A stretch of 32,997 nucleotides of DNA from the NCBI GenBank assembly GCA_934427095.1, contig CAKRYM010000001.1, positions 1 to 32,997 on the forward strand, in the 5' to 3' direction. Under the pieces are notes generated by a model. It searched no databases, was not told where the DNA came from, and worked only from the letters and a program-made list of their open reading frames with translations. This document shows, one piece after another, positions 31,682-32,997 of the stretch (position 1 is its first letter; every line of letters starts with the position of its first letter). Made by a program: the position numbers and the translations under genes. Source of the stretch: an uncultured Bacillota bacterium. GTDB lineage: Bacteria > Bacillota > Dehalobacteriia > UBA4068.

Positions 31682-32997
31682 TTGTCCAAGCTGGAGAAAG
31701 GTCTGGTCTTTCGTGCCGCGGCATTTTTAATGCTGGTGCAAGTCCTCTCCCGGGTATTGGGATATGCCAGGGATGTGGTGCTGCTGAACATGTTCGGCCA
31801 GTCCTATGTGACAGACGCCTATAACGCAGCCTTTTCCATTCCCGATTTTCTTTATACCGTGTTGATCGGCGGTGCCATTAGCTGCGCCTTTATTCCGGTC
31901 TTTTCTTCTTATATTGCCCGCCATGAGGAAAAAGAAGCTTGGCGGGTTAGCTCCATTTTTACTAGCTGGATTTTGCTATTCTTGGCTGTGGGGCTAATCA
32001 TTGCCTTTATCTTTACGCCCCAGCTGTTGCGGATGCTGACGGATTATACCGGAGCAGAGTTGGATTTGCCGGTGTTGTTGACCCGCATCACCCTGATTCA
32101 GGCCTTATTTATGTCCCTTTCCGCCATCAGTACCGGGGTTTTGCAGTCTCATCAGCATTTTACCTGGCCGGCTTTGGGCACCTTGTTTTACAATATTTGC
32201 ATTATTCTGGGGGGCATTTTCCTTTCTCCCATCATTGAAGCCCGCTGGCCCGGTTATGGGGTAGCAGGCTTTTCTATTGGTGTGGTGATTGGTTCAATCA
32301 TCACCTTGGCAGTACAGATTCCGGTCTTGAAAAAGGTCGGCTTCCGTTGGTTTTTCCAGCTGGATACCCATCACCCTGGTCTGCATCAGCTGGTCAAGCT
32401 CATTATTCCAGTGTTGATTGGCCTTTCCGTGTCCCAGATCAATCTCTTTGTTACCCAGAAATTGGCTACTGGTTTGGACGATGGTGTGTATACGGCTTTG
32501 CGTACGGCAAACCGTTTTATGCAGTTGCCTCTGGGCATTTTTGCCACTGCCATTGCTACGGCGATTTTCCCTTCCATGACCACTCAGGCTGCGGTTGGGG
32601 ACATGCAGGAGATGAAAAAAAGCCTTTCCTTGGGGGTACGCACGGTTTTGTTCGTGACTTTCCCTGCGGCTGTAGGCTTAGGGTTAATTGCGCAGCCGGT
32701 GATTCGCCTGCTTTATGAATTTTCTGGTAATTTTACGGCCACGGATACAGTTTTGGCTGCCCAGGCCTTAATTTGGTATTGCGTAGGTTTGCCGGGGTAT
32801 GCAGCGGTGCAGGTGATTATTCGCGGCTTTTATGCCATTCAAAATACCGTAACCCCAGTGGTGGTCAGCGCCATGGCCATTGTCATCAATATCGCGTTTT
32901 CCTTGCTTTTGGTGGGGTCCTGGCAGCATGTGGGACTAGCCCTGGCTTATTCCTTGGCTGGTATCGCCCAATGTGTATTGCTGGTGATTTTCCTCAG
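31682..32997 (+). CDS. murJ: Lipid II flippase MurJ (MviN), N-terminal ~438 codons. The 3' end lies outside the window
   Basis: This gene is absent from the ORF track because it has no stop inside the window. TTG at 31682 lies 8 nt after GAGGAGG. The translation LSKLEKGLVFRAAAFLMLVQVLSRVLGYARDVVLLNMFGQSYVTDAYNAAFSIPDFLYTVLIGGAIS.AFIPVF and later ALRTANRFMQLPLGIFATAIATAIFP are classic MurJ motifs. The frame is open to nt 32997. Confidence 0.88.
   Translation, partial: MSKLEKGLVFRAAAFLMLVQVLSRVLGYARDVVLLNMFGQSYVTDAYNAAFSIPDFLYTVLIGGAISCAFIPVFSSYIARHEEKEAWRVSSIFTSWILLFLAVGLIIAFIFTPQLLRMLTDYTGAELDLPVLLTRITLIQALFMSLSAISTGVLQSHQHFTWPALGTLFYNICIILGGIFLSPIIEARWPGYGVAGFSIGVVIGSIITLAVQIPVLKKVGFRWFFQLDTHHPGLHQLVKLIIPVLIGLSVSQINLFVTQKLATGLDDGVYTALRTANRFMQLPLGIFATAIATAIFPSMTTQAAVGDMQEMKKSLSLGVRTVLFVTFPAAVGLGLIAQPVIRLLYEFSGNFTATDTVLAAQALIWYCVGLPGYAAVQVIIRGFYAIQNTVTPVVVSAMAIVINIAFSLLLVGSWQHVGLALAYSLAGIAQCVLLVIFL

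Noticed and set aside
32347-32718. 123-aa plus-strand ORF listed inside the last 1.3 kb.
   Set aside because: It is in a different frame from the open-ended murJ reading frame (TTG 31682 onward). That frame gives textbook MurJ motifs through this interval.
1-32997. Scan for CRISPR arrays, IS elements or transposases, toxin-antitoxin pairs, restriction-modification genes and known defence-system signature genes.
   Set aside because: I saw no repeat-spacer arrays, no DDE or serine/tyrosine recombinase-like translations, and no nuclease, methylase or NTPase defence signatures in any frame. The defence idea for the left cluster is therefore only a weak alternative hypothesis.

Overview
This 33-kb window comes from a Firmicutes-type chromosome of an endospore-former lineage, judged by spoIIID, yunB and spoIIP homologues. 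It splits into two compositionally different parts. Part A (nt 1 to about 11050) holds eleven closely spaced plus-strand genes that prefer CTG/CTC for Leu. They include a 5'-truncated SPFH/Band-7 protein with four tandem zinc ribbons (YdjI/COG4260-like) and two membrane proteins of unknown function. A DUF4428-like zinc-ribbon protein, an AIM24/TIGR00266 protein and three consecutive lipoproteins follow. The block ends with a YdjG-like double zinc-ribbon membrane protein, a TPM-domain protein (YdjH-like) and one more unknown. I read this block as an expanded, rearranged relative of the B. subtilis Psp-associated ydjGHI module. It is the best candidate here for an uncharacterised membrane-associated system. 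Part B (about 11150 to the end) prefers TTG/TTA for Leu and is mostly housekeeping. It opens with an orphan degenerate receiver-domain protein, an autoregulated PadR gene with two palindromic operators, and a decayed FtsW/RodA-like pseudogene. A six-gene minus-strand operon follows (TudS/DUF523-like, URO-D-like, polar amino-acid ABC transporter, EamA/DMT), bracketed by inverted copies of a 48-nt hairpin. Then come tRNA-Asn(GTT), a TIGR01440 protein, a BMP-type ABC importer without a binding-protein gene, spoIIID, an HD protein, yunB and a long class A PBP. The window ends with yebC, an ECF sigma/anti-sigma pair, spoIIP and the 5' part of murJ. I saw no rRNA, CRISPR array, transposase, integrase or obvious prophage genes. 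All family assignments come from reading the translations by eye, with no searches run.
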